Assembly: GCA_024679065.1 (NCBI GenBank)
Contig: JAGIQG010000011.1
Location: forward strand, 42,532,001-42,596,000
Source of the DNA: Sphyrna mokarran
Lineage: Eukaryota
Direction: 5' to 3'
Length of the DNA: 64,000 nucleotides
The translations under genes and the position numbers were made by a program. This document shows, piece after piece, positions 35,395 through 49,929 of the stretch (the first letter of the stretch is position 1; every line of letters begins with the position of its first letter). The notes below the pieces were generated by a model. The model made no database searches and was not told where the DNA came from. It saw nothing but the letters and a program-made list of their open reading frames with translations.

Positions 35395-36525
35395 AGTACT
35401 TTGATAGTGAAGAGCTAAGTTCCAGAGGTGAGATGAGAGTGACTGCTCTTGACGTTGAAGCTGCATTTGACCGAGCAAGACATCAAAGAGCTCTAGTTCC
35501 TTTAGCAAAAATAGAGTTAATGGGAAATGGGAGTTCAGCCCTCTTTGTCTGTTGGAATCATACCCAGCACAAAGGATGGTGGTTATGTTGGGAGTTCAGT
35601 CATCTCAACTCCAGGACACCACTGCAGATGTTGCTCAGGATAGTGCCTTAGGCCTAACCATCTTCAGCTGCTTCATCAATGACCTTCCTTCCATTATAAG
35701 GTCTGAAATGCTGAGAATTGTGCAATTTGTGACTTCTTAGATACTGAAGCTGTCCATGTCAAAAAGCAGCATGTTCTGGATAATATCCAGGCTTGTGCTG
35801 ACAAGGAGTGAGTAGCATTTGAACCACAAGTGTCAGGCAATGACCATCTCCAACAAAAGAGAATCTAATCATCTGCTGTTTACATTTAATAATATTACCA
35901 TTGCTGAATGACCCACCATCAACATCTTGAGTTACTATTGACCAGAGACTGAACTGGACTAGCCATATAAATACTGTGGCTACAGGAGTAGATCAGAGGT
36001 GAAGAATCCTTAATTCCTGATTCCCTAAAGCCTGTGAGGCAAGTTCAGGGGTATGATGCAGTACTCTTGCTGGGATGAGTGCAAGTCCAACAACACTCAA
36101 GAAGCACAGTCCAAGATAAAGCAGTTCACTTTATTGGCACCTAAACATCCACTCCCTCCACTACCAATGCACAGTAGCAACTCTATGTACCATTTACAAA
36201 ATGCACTGTAGGAACTCTCAAAAGCTTCTTAGCACCATCCAAACCTATAACCACTGCCATCTAGAAGAACAAGGGCAACAGATACATGAGAACACCACCA
36301 TTTAGAACTTTTGCTCCAAGTCAGTCACATCCTTACTTGGAAATATACCACCTCCATTCCTTCCCTGTCACTGAGTCAAAATATTCTGGAACTCCCTAAA
36401 GGCAATTTGGGTGTATCTACACCACATGAACTACAGGGGTTCAAGAAGGCAATTCCTCACCTTCTCAAAACAATTAGCAATGGGCAGTAAATGCTACTCT
36501 AGCCAGCAAAGCCCACACCCCGAAG
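35395..36525 (+). mobile_element. CR1/L2-superclade LINE fragment
   Basis: RGEMRVTALDVEAAFDR, LGLTIFSCFINDLPSIIRS. Same family as 26990-28245. Confidence 0.8.
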
Positions 36526-38139
36526 TGGAAAGGTAAAAATCATTTTTCATAGCCAAATGGGAAGTCTGTACAATTGTCATGTTTAAATCCACTGTTTAGG
36601 TTGTGTAAGCTGTTTTATTCTTTGTATGATTTTTTGTTTTCATCAGCATGAGGAGCTTACAAGGCCATCTCACAGGAGGGCAGTTAGTAGTCATTCATTT
36701 AGCTGTGGATCTACAGTCACACATATGGGATCGAAGATTTCCTTCCCTAATGGATATTAATGAACCAGACTTTTACAAAAATGCCACAGCTTCATGGTTA
36801 TTATTGATATTAACTTTTTATTCTAGCCTGTCTTAGTTAACCAAACTTACGTTCAATAGCTGTGTGGATCGTGTTCCTCGATTATTAGCCCAGGTTTCTA
36901 GATCACTGGTCCAGCGACATATTAGTGTGCACCCCAGAAATGTAAACATTTCAGTCATAGTCTAGTAAATATCTTGTATAAACTCATTGGTTAGTGAAAA
37001 TGTCTGTAGGGAACTCAGCCCGACTTCCAGTGGCTGATCTGCAGCCATTTAATACTCTGAGGAAAGCCCACCTCAGAGTTGCTGGCCTTCTGATTTTTTT
37101 CAATAGCTCTCTGGTTCCAGCAGTGTCAACAGAGTGATGGGGATGGATGGGGTGTGAGCAGTGTCAGGAAGAATGAGCAGTGTCGAAGTTGAGGATTGGG
37201 GAGAGGGTCCGAGAATTAAAACAAATTAAAAATGAAGACAGATCAATTTGAAAACAGTAAGATTCAATTGCATAAAGGCAGACTTTTTCACTTCATGATG
37301 TCAAAGGGGATCTGGCTTTGTTGCAGTTGCATTTCATGACTAGGCCTCCTGCATGATCTTGTTGATGGATCCATGCTGTAGCCAGGACAGGTAGGTCCTG
37401 AGGCTCCAGTATTTAAAAAAAAAACCTGGTCACGGTTTTATGCAGGGCCACCATCTGCATTCTTGCTCCGCTGCTGACTGGAAGGTCTGGGCCAACATTT
37501 CTTTGTTTATTAACATATATTTTGTACTTGAGTGTAAGTCCTATGGTTCTGTTTAGAAGTTGACAAATGCATTGTTTGGTAAAGATATGAATATTAAACT
37601 ATACAAAACAGTGTCATCGTATGGGTTCTTTCACATGATGTGACTGTCTACTATGAACTACAAGAAATTCCATTATTATATGCATCTTTTTTTGACCAGT
37701 AATGTCTCTTGCAGGGACGAATGTGCTTTCTTAGTAACTGCCATGATATTTATTTTATTTCAGTTATCCAACCACTTTCTTTCCACCTGCACAGCATGTT
37801 AAAGATTGACTACCTGGAAAGGAAGGCTATGTTCTGCATACTTAGTTTGTGACTTTTTTAGGCAGCCACACCTGCCTGTAAAATCTAGTACAGTCAGACC
37901 CATTGATCAGTTTAAAACCCTCCACCATGATTTTAGATGTGCGGTTGCATATGATCGGTTTGCTGAGTTACACACCTTTAATCTGCAATAAGAGCAACAC
38001 CAATGGAGAAGGATGTTTAATGTTTATAAGCAATAGTGGACACTGAGGTAAAGATTGATGTGGAATTTGGAAGAGAAGTTTGCTGCAGCAGCTCATTGAA
38101 GAGAACTTCATTTGAAAGTGTACTTGCCTCTAGCTCATT

Positions 38140-39525
38140 ATCAATCACAACCCCTCAGCTACTGAAGCAGCCTATGCACACATATATAGCAAGACTTGGA
38201 CAACATTCAGACTTGGCTTGGTATGGGGCAAGGAACATTTACGCCACTTAAGAGCTAGGCAATGACTATCTCCTACAATAGAGAGATTTCACTCTTGACA
38301 TTAATGACAATGCCATTTGCTGAATTTTACATTATCAACGTTCTACAGGTTGTCATTAACAAATTTAATTGGTCCAGCTATATAAATACTGAGGCTCAAA
38401 GAACAGTCAGTCTTGGGCATTCTGTAGTAATAACTCACCATCTGATTCCTGCAAAGCTGGCCAACATTTTACAAGTCAGGAATATGATAGAGTGCTATTT
38501 ACTCAAGTGAATGAATGCAGGCCCAACAAAACTCCAGGAGCTCTATATCATCTAAGACAAAGCAACCTTCTTATTCGACATCAATATCCAATCCACCATT
38601 TTAAATATTCAGTCCCTCCACTGCAGATGCACAGTGGTAGCAGTGAAACAGAAACATGGAGGTGACATGGTGGCACAGTGGTTAGCACTGTTGCCTCAAA
38701 GCGCCAGGGACTCATGTTTGATTCCTAGCTTAGGTCACTGTCTGTGTGGATCTGCACATTCTTGCCTTGTCTGTGTGCATTTCCTCTCTCAGTCCAAAAG
38801 ACATGCTGATTAGGGGATTTTCACAGTAACTTCATTGCAGTGTTAATGTAAGCCTACTTATGACTAATAAATAAAAGTAAGATTTAGGTCATTTGACTCT
38901 GAGCCTGTTCTGCCGTACAAAATAATCATGGCTGATCCTCTATCTCAATAGCACACTCCCATCTTCTCCCCATACTCGATTGATATGGTATCTTATTTCC
39001 TTCTTAAGTATAATCAGTGACTTTGGCCAAAAATTCCACATGTTCACCACCTTCTGAGTGAAGAGATTTCACCTCTTCTCAGTCCTGAATAGCCTACCCT
39101 GTATTCTGAAATTGTGACCCCATGTTTTATACTGTTAGCCAGAAGAAACAACATCCCTGATCCAATCTGCTAAGCTCTATCAGAATTGTATATCTTTCAA
39201 CTAGATCCCCTCTTATTCTTCTAAATTCCAATGAATGCAGGTCCAATCTCTCATACAACAATCCCACCACTCCAGGAATCAACCCAGTGATTTTTGCTGC
39301 ACTTCCTCTATTGCAAGTATATCTTTTTTTTTAACATGAGACCAAAACTGCACACAATCCACCAGATGTTGTCTCACCAAGGCCCTGTACAGCTACAGTA
39401 CCTTCGCTCACGTACTCAACCCCCCGCTTGCAAAGAAGGCCAAATACTTTTTGCCTTCCTAACTTATTGTATCTGCATACTTGCCATCAGCGACTGGTAT
39501 ACTTGGACATCCAGAATCCTTTGTT
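38140..39525. mobile_element. nested repeats: LINE (+, 38140-38645), SINE (+, 38660-38876), CR1 (-, 38880-39525)
   Basis: Similarity to the other copies of each family in the window. Confidence 0.65.
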
Positions 39526-39664
39526 CTGTAAGTACCATCCATAAGATGCACTGCAACAATGTGCTCTTTTGACAGCAACTTCCAAACCCTTGATTATTTT
39601 ACACTGGACATGGAGACCAATTTAACAGAGTACTCAAAAAAAAATTAAAGACTATCTTTAATTC

Positions 39665-39960
39665 ATGTAGTGTCATTTACCCTTGCAGGCTGTCCCAGTC
39701 AATTAAATAATACTTTTTTTTTGATAAAGACATTTATTGTAATATTTTGAAAGTGGAAAGCAATTTGTGCACAGCAAGGCTTCATGAACAGCAGTGTGAT
39801 GATGATTAGGCAATCTGTTTTAGTTGATAGACGCATTTAGTTCATTAGGCTGAACATCAGGGAGAATGTCTGTACTCATCTTTTGAAATAGTACAACTCT
39901 GCCTGCAAGGAAAGACTGGGCTTCAGTGTAACATCTCATCTGAAAGACAGTATTGTGCAA
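39665..39960 (-). mobile_element. Deu-domain SINE fragment
   Basis: GCAATTTGTGCACAGCAAG...AACAGCAGTGTGATGATGA...TCATCTGAAAGACAG is the reverse complement of the Deu SINE. Confidence 0.6.
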
Positions 39961-41829
39961 TTGATGTTCAGCCCTTGTTTTCCATCAGACTCAAACTTGG
40001 TACAATGAGAAGGCTGATCATGATAGATTTATTATTGCAATATTAATTCCATGCTAGGAAAACTGGCTTTTAAAGTATGCAAATTTCAGAAATTGAGTCC
40101 TCTTCTTCCCAGGTTTCATTTTGCTGCTCTTGTGTGCATTTTTTTTTCTAACCTAATTTTTTGAAAGTATGCTGAGCACTCAGCTTTCTTTCAGAGCTTC
40201 CTCAATCCCACCAGCTGCTTTGAAACTGGGAATAACGGAAATAGAATAATGAGTCTTTGTTTTGTCCAGGTGTGAGGGACTGACTGCCTTAATTTTCTTG
40301 TTACTGATATATAGATTTTTAGAATCATTTCAAATTGTGCTTTCCTCTATTTGCTTGTATTTAAAAAGTAGTTATTCAAGTGATTAATGCATAATGTACA
40401 ATCAGATATTTGCTCTTTAGATTTATAAATGAGAAATCAGTAAATTGAATTGTACACAAAGAAAATACTGGTTTATAAAAGAGTGATAATATGTGAAGGA
40501 GAAAGGTAGGTTAATTTTCTGATGAGAGACTTCACATTTGGAAAAGACGATCTTCCAGCATTTTTTATCTTTATTTCCAATATCCGACATAAGTTCTGAT
40601 TCGAGCCTCTTTTAATTCAAAATAAAATATTACTAACTCTTTAAATTTTCCTGAAATATTATTCCTGTGTTTCTTCAGGGAAACTAATTTACTGATTTTG
40701 CAACTGTAATGTTGTTTATGTCCATGAGAATGGAGCCTGTTTCTATCCTTCTGACTGTATTTATGTTGCACGTGATTAATAATATCTATTGCAGCTTGGT
40801 CTGAGAAGTGCAGACACAGCTTCTCTATTGGTTTAGCAAATTTTTCCAATGAGTTATGAGCCATGTAAACCCTGCAAGGTGCCAGGCTCAATCTTCAGTG
40901 TAAAATGCATTAGCCAATCTCTCTGTTGCATTTATTTTACATCTTGAGTTCCTCAAATGTCCCAAAAGGTTGAGTATTTGTGAGAGTTCCATTTGAGACC
41001 AGAAGAGTGGCAAGGCTAAGGACCTTTGTGAAAAGATAAAGTTACTAAAGACATGAGTTGTTGCTAAACTGGTGAGAGACATGAATGACTATATTTGAAG
41101 AATTAAAGCAACAGCTTTCATTGCAAAATGAAACTAAAGAAATTCAATACAATTTCACTTTATTATCCATACAGAAATCCATATCTGATACATTTCTTGT
41201 ATATTGATAAAATTACATTAAAGAAGATAAAATAACCCATCAGAGATCTAACTTTAATTAAAATATATATTAAAAACTATCCAATGCATTAAAATAATCA
41301 GTGAGGCCACTCGGAGTGCATTTCCCTGTCCAAGCATCAACTCTTGTTAAAAGTTCTGAGAGATGAGCACAAATGAATTTAGGAACTGATTTCTTCTGCA
41401 TTTGAACGAATGCAGTATTTTTCCTGAATGCGTCTAACTGTAATACTGAAACATAGAGTGATTCTCATTGTTTATACCACTCTTTACTTTTGTCAAAATT
41501 CTTTGAGAGCCAGTTTCCTAAAGGAAGATCTGCATATCAAACCTGTTTGGTTCAATAATCTCTGTATCCATAAATGGTCTATTTTCTTCAGATAGTACTA
41601 AGTAAGACATCAAAGAAGGATAGCACTCTCGATTATAGCCATATAAAAGAGTTTCCCAATTGCAGGATCTACTGGAAATAATTTTAAATTTATGAAGTAG
41701 TATAATGTTGGTTACCACATCTGTACAATGTTCCAGTTGGTAACTGTTTCAGTATCCACATCGTGAATTTTCACAGGAACAATATCATTTAACAGACTTT
41801 TTCTGGAAGTCTATAATTAGCCTACAAGT

Positions 41830-44260
41830 GAAGCAGTCCTTAACTGCATGCAGCAAGAACTGGACAATATTCAGGCTTGGGCTTTAAGTGGCAAGTAACA
41901 TTGCACCACACAAGTGCCAGGCAATGTCTATTTTCAAGATGATCAATCTAAGCATCTTCCATTTATGTCGCTGAATCCTCCACTGTCAACGTTCTGAGGG
42001 TTACCATTGAGCAAAAAATGAACTGGAATAGTTATAAAAATACAATGGCTACAACTAGAAATTAAGGACTAGAAATTCCATGGTGAGTAACGTCCTGATT
42101 CCCCAAAGTCTACCGTCTACAAGGCCCAAGTCAGAAATATAATGTATGATTTTCCCCTTGTATGGATGAGTGCAGACTTAATGCTCAATGCATTCTATAC
42201 CTGTTTTGAGTAAGAGGTCAGTGAGAGCATGCCCTCCACCCTGGAAGCCTTGGATGAACTTACATCTGAGGTAACTCTTTAAGATGTCAGACATGCTTTC
42301 TTAAAGTCAACCGCAAAAAGTGACTGGCCAAGATGTGGAACCCAAATGAGCACTCAGATTCTGTGTGAGTCAGCTGGTGGTATTCGCAGACATCTTCAAC
42401 TTCTCTTTTCAACGATCTGAAGAAAACAACATTTATCCCGGTACCGAAGAAAGGCCAAACAGTGTGCCTTAATGACTCATCCGGTCGCTCTGACATCCAT
42501 CATTATGAAGTGTCTCAAAAAATTAGTCATGGCATGAATCAATTCCAGCCTCCTGGACTGCCTGGATCCACTACAGTTTGCTACAGCTGCAACCGGTCTA
42601 CAGCAAATGGCATTTACCTGGCCCTGCATTCAATCCTGGAATACCTAGAAAACAGAGGCACACTGTGTCCATACGGATACAATAGTCAGAGTCCTATTTA
42701 TGAACTTCAGCTCAGCCTTCAACACCAATTATTCTGAGGAAACTCATCTCCAAATTCCATGGTCTGAGCCTTGGCTCCTCCTCCTACAACTGGACACTGA
42801 ACTGCATAACTCACATAACTTACAATCAGTAAGGATAGGCAACAATACCTCCTCCATGATCATCATCAACACTGATGCCCCATAAGGCTATGTCCTCAGC
42901 CCCCTACTATACTTGTACATCTATTACTGTGTGGGCAAATTCCCCTTCAACTCGATTTTCAAGTTTGCTGACGACACCACCATAGCGGGTTGGATTCAAA
43001 CAATGACAAGACAGAGTGCAGGAATGAGTTAGAGAATCTGATGTACTGGTGCAGCAACTATAATCCTCAATGTCAACAGAACAATGGCAATTGTCATCGA
43101 CTTTGGAAAAGGTAAAGGGGAACATGCCCCTGTCTACATCAATGGGGATGAAGTGAAAAGGGTCAAGAGCTTCAAGTTTTTAGTATCCAGATCACCAACA
43201 ACCTGTCCTGGTCCCTCCATGCTGACACTAGTTAAGAAAGCCTATCAACACTTCTATTTTCTCAGAAGATTAAGGAAACTTGGCATGTCAGTTACGATTC
43301 ACACCCAATGTTTACAGATGCACCATAGAAAGCATTCTTTCTGACTTTATCAGAGCTTGGTATATCTTCTGCTCTACCCAAGACAACAAAAAACTATAGA
43401 AGGTCATAAATGTAGCTTGGTCTATCGTGCAAACAGCCTCTTATTCACTGATTCTATCTACGCTTGCTGCTGCCTCAACAGAGCAGCCAGCATAATTAAG
43501 GACCCTAAGCACTCCAGACATTCTCTATTCTACCTTCTTCCATCGGGAAAAAAGATACAAAAGTCTGAGGTTACCTGCCAATCAACTCAAGAACAACTTC
43601 TTCCCTGTTGCTGTAGGACTTTTGAATGGATTTGCTTTGCGTTAAGTTGACCTTTTTTTACACCCTAGCTGTGACTGTAACACTACATTTCTGCACTCTC
43701 TCGGTTCCTTCTCCATGAATAGCATGCTCTGTATAGCACACAAAAAACAATACTTTTCACTGTATGCTAATACATGTGACAATAAATCAAATCAACAACA
43801 TTGAAAATGCTTGACACTATCCATGACGAAGTAGCTTCGGGTGATACATCATCCACAAATATTCACTCCCTCCCAGTGGTATATACCATCTACAACATGC
43901 ACTTCAGTAACTCACCAAAAGTCCTTCAACAGTACCTTCCAAATCCATAACTTCTACTATCTTGAATAGAAGTTTTCAAGATCTATGAATCTTGAAATTC
44001 ATAGATTTTCAATCTATGAATAGCATCATCTGTAAGTTACCCTCCAAACCACACATCCACCTCAATTGGAACTATATCATCTTTCCTCCACTATCACTGG
44101 ATTAAAATTCTATATCTCTCTTCTTAACAGCACTGAATGTTCCTACAACACACAGACTTAATGGTTCAAGAAGGCAGCTCACTACAACCTTCTTGGGGCC
44201 AATGAGGGATGGACAGTAAATGCTGACTTAGCCAGCAACATCCATATCTCGTGAATGAAT
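41830..44260 (+). mobile_element. CR1/L2-superclade LINE split by a Rex1 insertion
   Basis: The LINE sequence stops at ~42180 and resumes at ~43796. Confidence 0.7.
42190..43795 (+). mobile_element. Rex1/Babar LINE fragment
   Basis: [42 protein letters not shown], and an (AATCA)n tail. Same family as 30143-31745. Confidence 0.85.
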
Positions 44261-45009
44261 AGACTAAAAAAAGGAAATTCTTCTATCTTAGTTCAGTTTC
44301 AGAGAATTGTTGTACTATTGTATGAATCTTTTGTACAGTTATTTCTTATGGAGTGCACAAGTACAAATTAAAATGATCCAAACATTGAACTATGAAAATG
44401 GAAGTTGTATGCTGTATAGGATTGTGACCTGTAAGGAGTTGAGAACGATATACTCAGAGAATGTGGTCAGAATCATAGAATAGTTGCAGCATAGAAGGAG
44501 GCTATTTAACTTGTCCATGCCGATTCACTCACTGCGAGAATAAATTACCCAATGTACCTGCTTGTGTTTTTGCGATTTCCCTGTAAATTTTTTGTTTTCA
44601 TGTAATGATTCATTTCCTTTTTCAATATCATGATTGATTCTGCCTCCGTTGTGCTCAAATGGTACATTTCAGATCCTAACCACATTCTGTGATTTTTTTT
44701 TTAAAAGATTTTCCATTTGTTACTTTTACCAATTACTTGAAATCTATACTCTCTGGTTCCCGATACCAATCAGAACAATTTGTTTATGTTTACTCATTCG
44801 TGTTGTTACAATCCCAATTGGTGTTACTATTGGACAGGAACATCCTAGAATGGAGCCCAGGTTCAGAAGGCTGTAACATTTTGTGTTTCTTTTAGAAAAC
44901 ATGATGAAATAGTCTGAGGACTGCTAATTAGCTTTTAATAAGAAACAAAACATTTACTAAACATGAGAAGTTTGAATATAATATAATACAATACCCCTCT
45001 GTTTGCCTC

Positions 45010-45740
45010 CCAATCATGTGTCTTTCTAGCAGACATCCACTACTCTATGAAAGATTTTCCCCAAATGTCACCCTTAAACTTCTCCCCCTCACCTGAACCT
45101 GTGACCTCTTATAGTTGACTTTTTCATCCTGGGGAAAAAAGCCTCTGATTATCCACTTTATTAAAGCCTCTCAATATTTTGTAGATGTTTATCAGGTCTT
45201 AACCTCCATCTTTCCAGTGAAAACAATCCAAGCTTATCCAACCTCTCCTCATACCTAAAATTCTCCAAACTAAGCATCATCCAGATAAATCTTCTTTGCA
45301 CCCTTTTCAGTGCATCCACATCTTTCTGGTAGTGTGGCAACCAGAACTGCACACCATATTCCAAATGTAGTCTAATCAAAGTTCTGCACAACTGTAAAGT
45401 AACTTTTACATTCATTGCCCTGGCTGATGAAGGCAAATATGCTGCATACTGCCTTGACCATCTTATCCACCTATGTTACCACTTTTCAGTGATCTGTGGA
45501 CCTATAATCTAATCCTTCTGTATGTCAATGCTCCTAAGGGTTCTGCCATTTAATTTGCACCTGAATTTGATCTTCCAGAATGCATCACCTCGCATTTATC
45601 CTGATTAAACTCCATCTACCATTTCTCTGCCCAGATCTGCAATCTATCTATTGCCTGCTGTATCCATAGACAATCATGGTCACTATCAGCAATATTGCCT
45701 ACATATTCCCCTGGTGTATTTATTCATATATATCAATATA
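45010..45740 (-). mobile_element. CR1 LINE fragment
   Basis: LIRLHLEYGVQFWLPHYQKDVDALKRVQRRF...YEERLDKLGLFSLERWRLR. Confidence 0.85.
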
Positions 45741-45889
45741 TAACAACCAGAAGGTGGTGAATGTTGGAAACACTGTCACAAACTTTTAAATTGTTCCAAA
45801 TTATGAGTTTAGAGTCTCCCACCCTCCCATCTCATTCTTGAGCTGATTCTGACAAGTATGAGTAGAAAAGCAGTTGGGGACATGTCATT

Positions 45890-45990
45890 AAAAGAAAAAA
45901 AATGCCAGAAAATTTCAGCACATCTAGTAGCATCTGTAAGGAGAGAAAAGAGCTGATGTTTTGAGTCCAGATGATCTTTTGTCAAAGTGC
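45890..45990 (-). mobile_element. PLE pLTR tail with decayed HHR
   Basis: Reverse complement of the 17624-17720 tail. Confidence 0.65.
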
Positions 45991-48900
45991 AGCAATGTCA
46001 TGCTTTGTCACTCCTTTTGCACTTTCTTCCCATTTTTGAGTGTTTGGTCCTAGAGGTAAGGAATGAACTCCCCACGTGAGGATGAAGTATGAAAAGACAT
46101 TTCAAATGAGTGAATTGCACGCTCCATTGGATATTGGAGTGTACAGTAGGCTCAGGCAACAACATTTAAAGGGGACGTGGACAAGGCTTGGTAGTGGAGG
46201 GAATTATCATTCTATGCTTTAACTGTGGGGACTTAATTGGAAACAATTAAACTAAAAAAGCATTTTGACATTTCATTGGCAGATTAGGGTCTTCCTGTAC
46301 TCCAAAAGCTGTGTCAGGCCTCCAAACCTTGTCAGTGCAAAACTTCACCTCCACATTAGTAGGATTTCTTGGCAGAGGCCAGAGAACTGGCCTCTTTTAC
46401 TTACATAAATCCAAGACTTGGAGGTTGTTCTGGATTGAGAATACATCTGTGTGGCAGGTTCATTTGACCGTGACTATAATAGGTTTTATTAATTTTCAAA
46501 TTTGTGAAGCTTGTGTTTGTTGCATAAATAATTGCATCACTTATACATACTGTGATTAAAATGATGTGCAATTGTTCTATCATCTGCCTCTCCAAAGTAA
46601 AGAACTTATCAAGAACATTTCATTACATTTGCAGCTGTAATCTGAAGTTGTTTCAGTCTAACTAATTACTTAACAATGTTAACAAGTTGTAATGAAGCAA
46701 ATGTAATTAACTTGTACTGTAGTACATGATTTCCTGCGCTCTGAAGATGAAAATTTTTTAGGAACACAGTTTATGAACCCACTTTGAGAGTTTCTAGTTA
46801 TTTTCTATTGGCAGATGTCACAGTGCTTATTTTCTATTGGCATATATGCACAGTGAAGTATGGTAGTATATCAAATAACACAGCGCACATTAAACTACAC
46901 AGGTGCTTTGTTCATGACAAATATGATATTTTTAAAGGACCTTCAACTTCTAGGACAGCTAAGTCTACTTGCTGCACTAATATATGGAATTTGGCCAGAC
47001 ATAAACTGTAATAAGGAATAAAAAAATTATTTTAATGTTGAGTTGTCAGTGAGGTTAGAAAAACTAAGATCTGCAGGAAAATATTGCATATAAATTGAGA
47101 AGAACTTAGGACCCATTAAATTTCTAAGTTAGTAAGTTCCTTTCAAATACTGTCATCTTGTCAAAACTAGAACAAAATTCATCCATTTCTACTCAGCAGG
47201 TGAAATTGTGAAGCCCTGAACTGTACAAACAGTAAGTAAAATAGTGAAACTATAACATGTATTTAACTAAGGAAAATAATTAATGAATGTATAACAGTAT
47301 TTCAGGAGGCCATTCAGCAGTTATGTCTCTGCCTACTCATTAAAAGAACTGCTGTTTAATCTCATTCCCTTGCTTTTGCCCCATAATCCTAAAGGTTTCT
47401 CTATTTTAGATGGTGAACCAATACTCACTTGAAAGTTATCAAATCTACTTCCACCATTCTGTCAAGCAATACGTTTGTGAGGAGTAAGACCAAAAATGTA
47501 GATGATAAATTTGTCTAAACTCATGTAAAGGGGAAACATGTTGTCCTTTGATTTGTAATATCCTCAAAATTATGGTGAGTTGTCCTCTTTTTATCTCTAT
47601 CTCTAATTATCATTTTTATATACAATGGCTTATCCAAGATGATGTAGAAACATACATTTTGTATAGAATTTTCACCTACATCCCTCCCCAATCTGGCACT
47701 ATTTGGCATTGTGAAGTTTGTTTCTGATGATGAATTCTCTGTGCCACTATTAATATTTGTGATGTAGTGGCTGCTATGATCTGATTTGGATAGAACAATA
47801 AGGGGATATATCTTAATCATAAACTTTAGCAAAAGACTAACCTTCAGTCTGGGTTTCAAAATAGTAAAAACATTTCAAGTTCAAGGTGTTCTCTGTACAA
47901 TTGTACTTTTATTTCGGATGAGTATGTGATGCAAGGTTCATACGTGAATTCAGATATTTCCAAAATATTTCACTAACTTTCACTTATCAATTGACTAAGA
48001 TTTACAAAAGAAAACTTGATATAGGGCCAAAATCCATCACATTCTCTTATGAACATCAAACTAGTTCAAAGAGACATAATAACTATAGTGATGCCAATCG
48101 AAGTGTGTTAAATGCATGATTTAATTCAGTGGCAGAAAAGATTCTTGGGGGCTGACTGACTTACTCTGATAGGTTGTTTGTCTTGCTGTTCACAGAATGC
48201 CGTGCTTGAAACAGTGGTGGAAGTAGATTTGATAACCTTCCGCTTTGAGTTGACTAGTACGGATAATACGTTGTCTAACTTTTCTTGAAGAATCCACTGA
48301 GCTAAAGTCAGACAATTCTCTCTCAAGTGACAACATAGCAATAAATGAATTCTTCCCCTTTTAATGATAAATGATCTTTCCAGAAAATAGAGGTGGTTTT
48401 AAATTTGTCACAGTGATTTCCAGGCTATGACTTCCCATCATAATTTTGAAAAAAATTGAGTTGGTTTTCCCTTGTGTAATCAGCTTGGGTAGTTTACATG
48501 TTGAGCACATCAAAAAGATGCAGCTGCTCATGTTTTTCCATTCCATAAATGTTTGCATGCCCTGGTCAGATTCCAAACTTGGGTCATGTGTAGAAAACCC
48601 TCAAGGCAGTGCCGCCACAGCTGCAGGCTTGGGCAGCCTGTGGCTGAAATTCTGCCTATTGATATTTGAGCCTTGTGATTGTCCAGGTCAGATATGTCAA
48701 TATAAAAAGTTAACTACCTGTGGAGTTTTTCAACTTGCTCCGAAGAATTGGACTTGATTGGATTGAAAATGGTTTTCTCATTTTAATAACCTTAACATCT
48801 CTGCCACCCACAAAATGCTATATAAATATATATACTTAAATGGAAATCAACCAAATAAGTTGATATTGGCTCCAAATGTTTGGTCAACGAATAAGATTCA

Positions 48901-49099
48901 AGCTTGTTATTTGGGGTGCAGAGACAGTGATTTAGCTAGAGAATGCTGGTGCTTGGGGACTTAGGTGACTGAAAACACAGCTATCAGTGGTCAGAAGAAA
49001 AGAGAAGTTAGGTATATAAAAGAACAATGTCAACGAAATGGATTGTTTTGAGGGTGAGATTGGTATTTTGACAACATACAGACTGGAGCGATTCAAGAG

Positions 49100-49905
49100 T
49101 TTAAATTATGTATTAGTGTCACAAGTAATGTTTTCATTAACACTACAATGAAGTTCCTGTAAAATCCCCCTAGTTGCCACAGACTGACGCCTGTTGGGGT
49201 CAATGCACTAACCAGCACGTCTTTCAGAACACAGGACAAAACTGGAGCACCAGGAGAAATCTATGTAGACACGGGGAGAAAGTACAGACTCCACACAGTG
49301 ACTCAAGCTGGGAATTGAATCCGGGTCCCTGGCGTTGTGAAGCAGCAGTACTAACTGCTATCATGTTGTTCCTTTATTAACACTGCAATGAAGTTATTGT
49401 GAAAATCCCCTAGTCACCGTACTCTGCCTGTTTGGGTACACCTGAGGAAAAATTTAGCATGGCCAATGCACCTAACCAGCAGCACGTCTGGAGGAAACCC
49501 ATGCAGACATGGGAAGAACTCCACACAGTCACTCAGGCCAGATGCTGTGAGGCAGCAGGACTAACCACGGTAGCACAGTGGTTAGCACTGCTGCTTCACA
49601 GCTGCAGGGCTCTTGGTTCAATTCCTGGCTCTGGTTACTGTCTATGTGGAGTTTGCACATTCTCCTCATGTCTGCATGGGTTTCCTCCGGGTACTACAAT
49701 TTCCTCCTGCAGTCCAAAGATGTGCAGGTTAGGTTGATTGGCCATGCTATGAAATTGCCCCTTAGTGTCCAAGGATGTGTAGGTTAGAGGGATTAGTGGG
49801 TATAACATATAGGGATATGGGGGTAGGGCCTGGCTGGGATTGTGTTTGGTTCAGACTCGATGCGCTGAAGGGCCTCTTTCTACACTGTAGGGTTCTATGA
49901 TTCTG
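49100..49905. mobile_element. cluster of three tRNA SINEs (two -, one +)
   Basis: A and B boxes and V-domain motifs. Confidence 0.75.
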
Positions 49906-49929
49906 TGAACCACTACCACCATGCCACAA

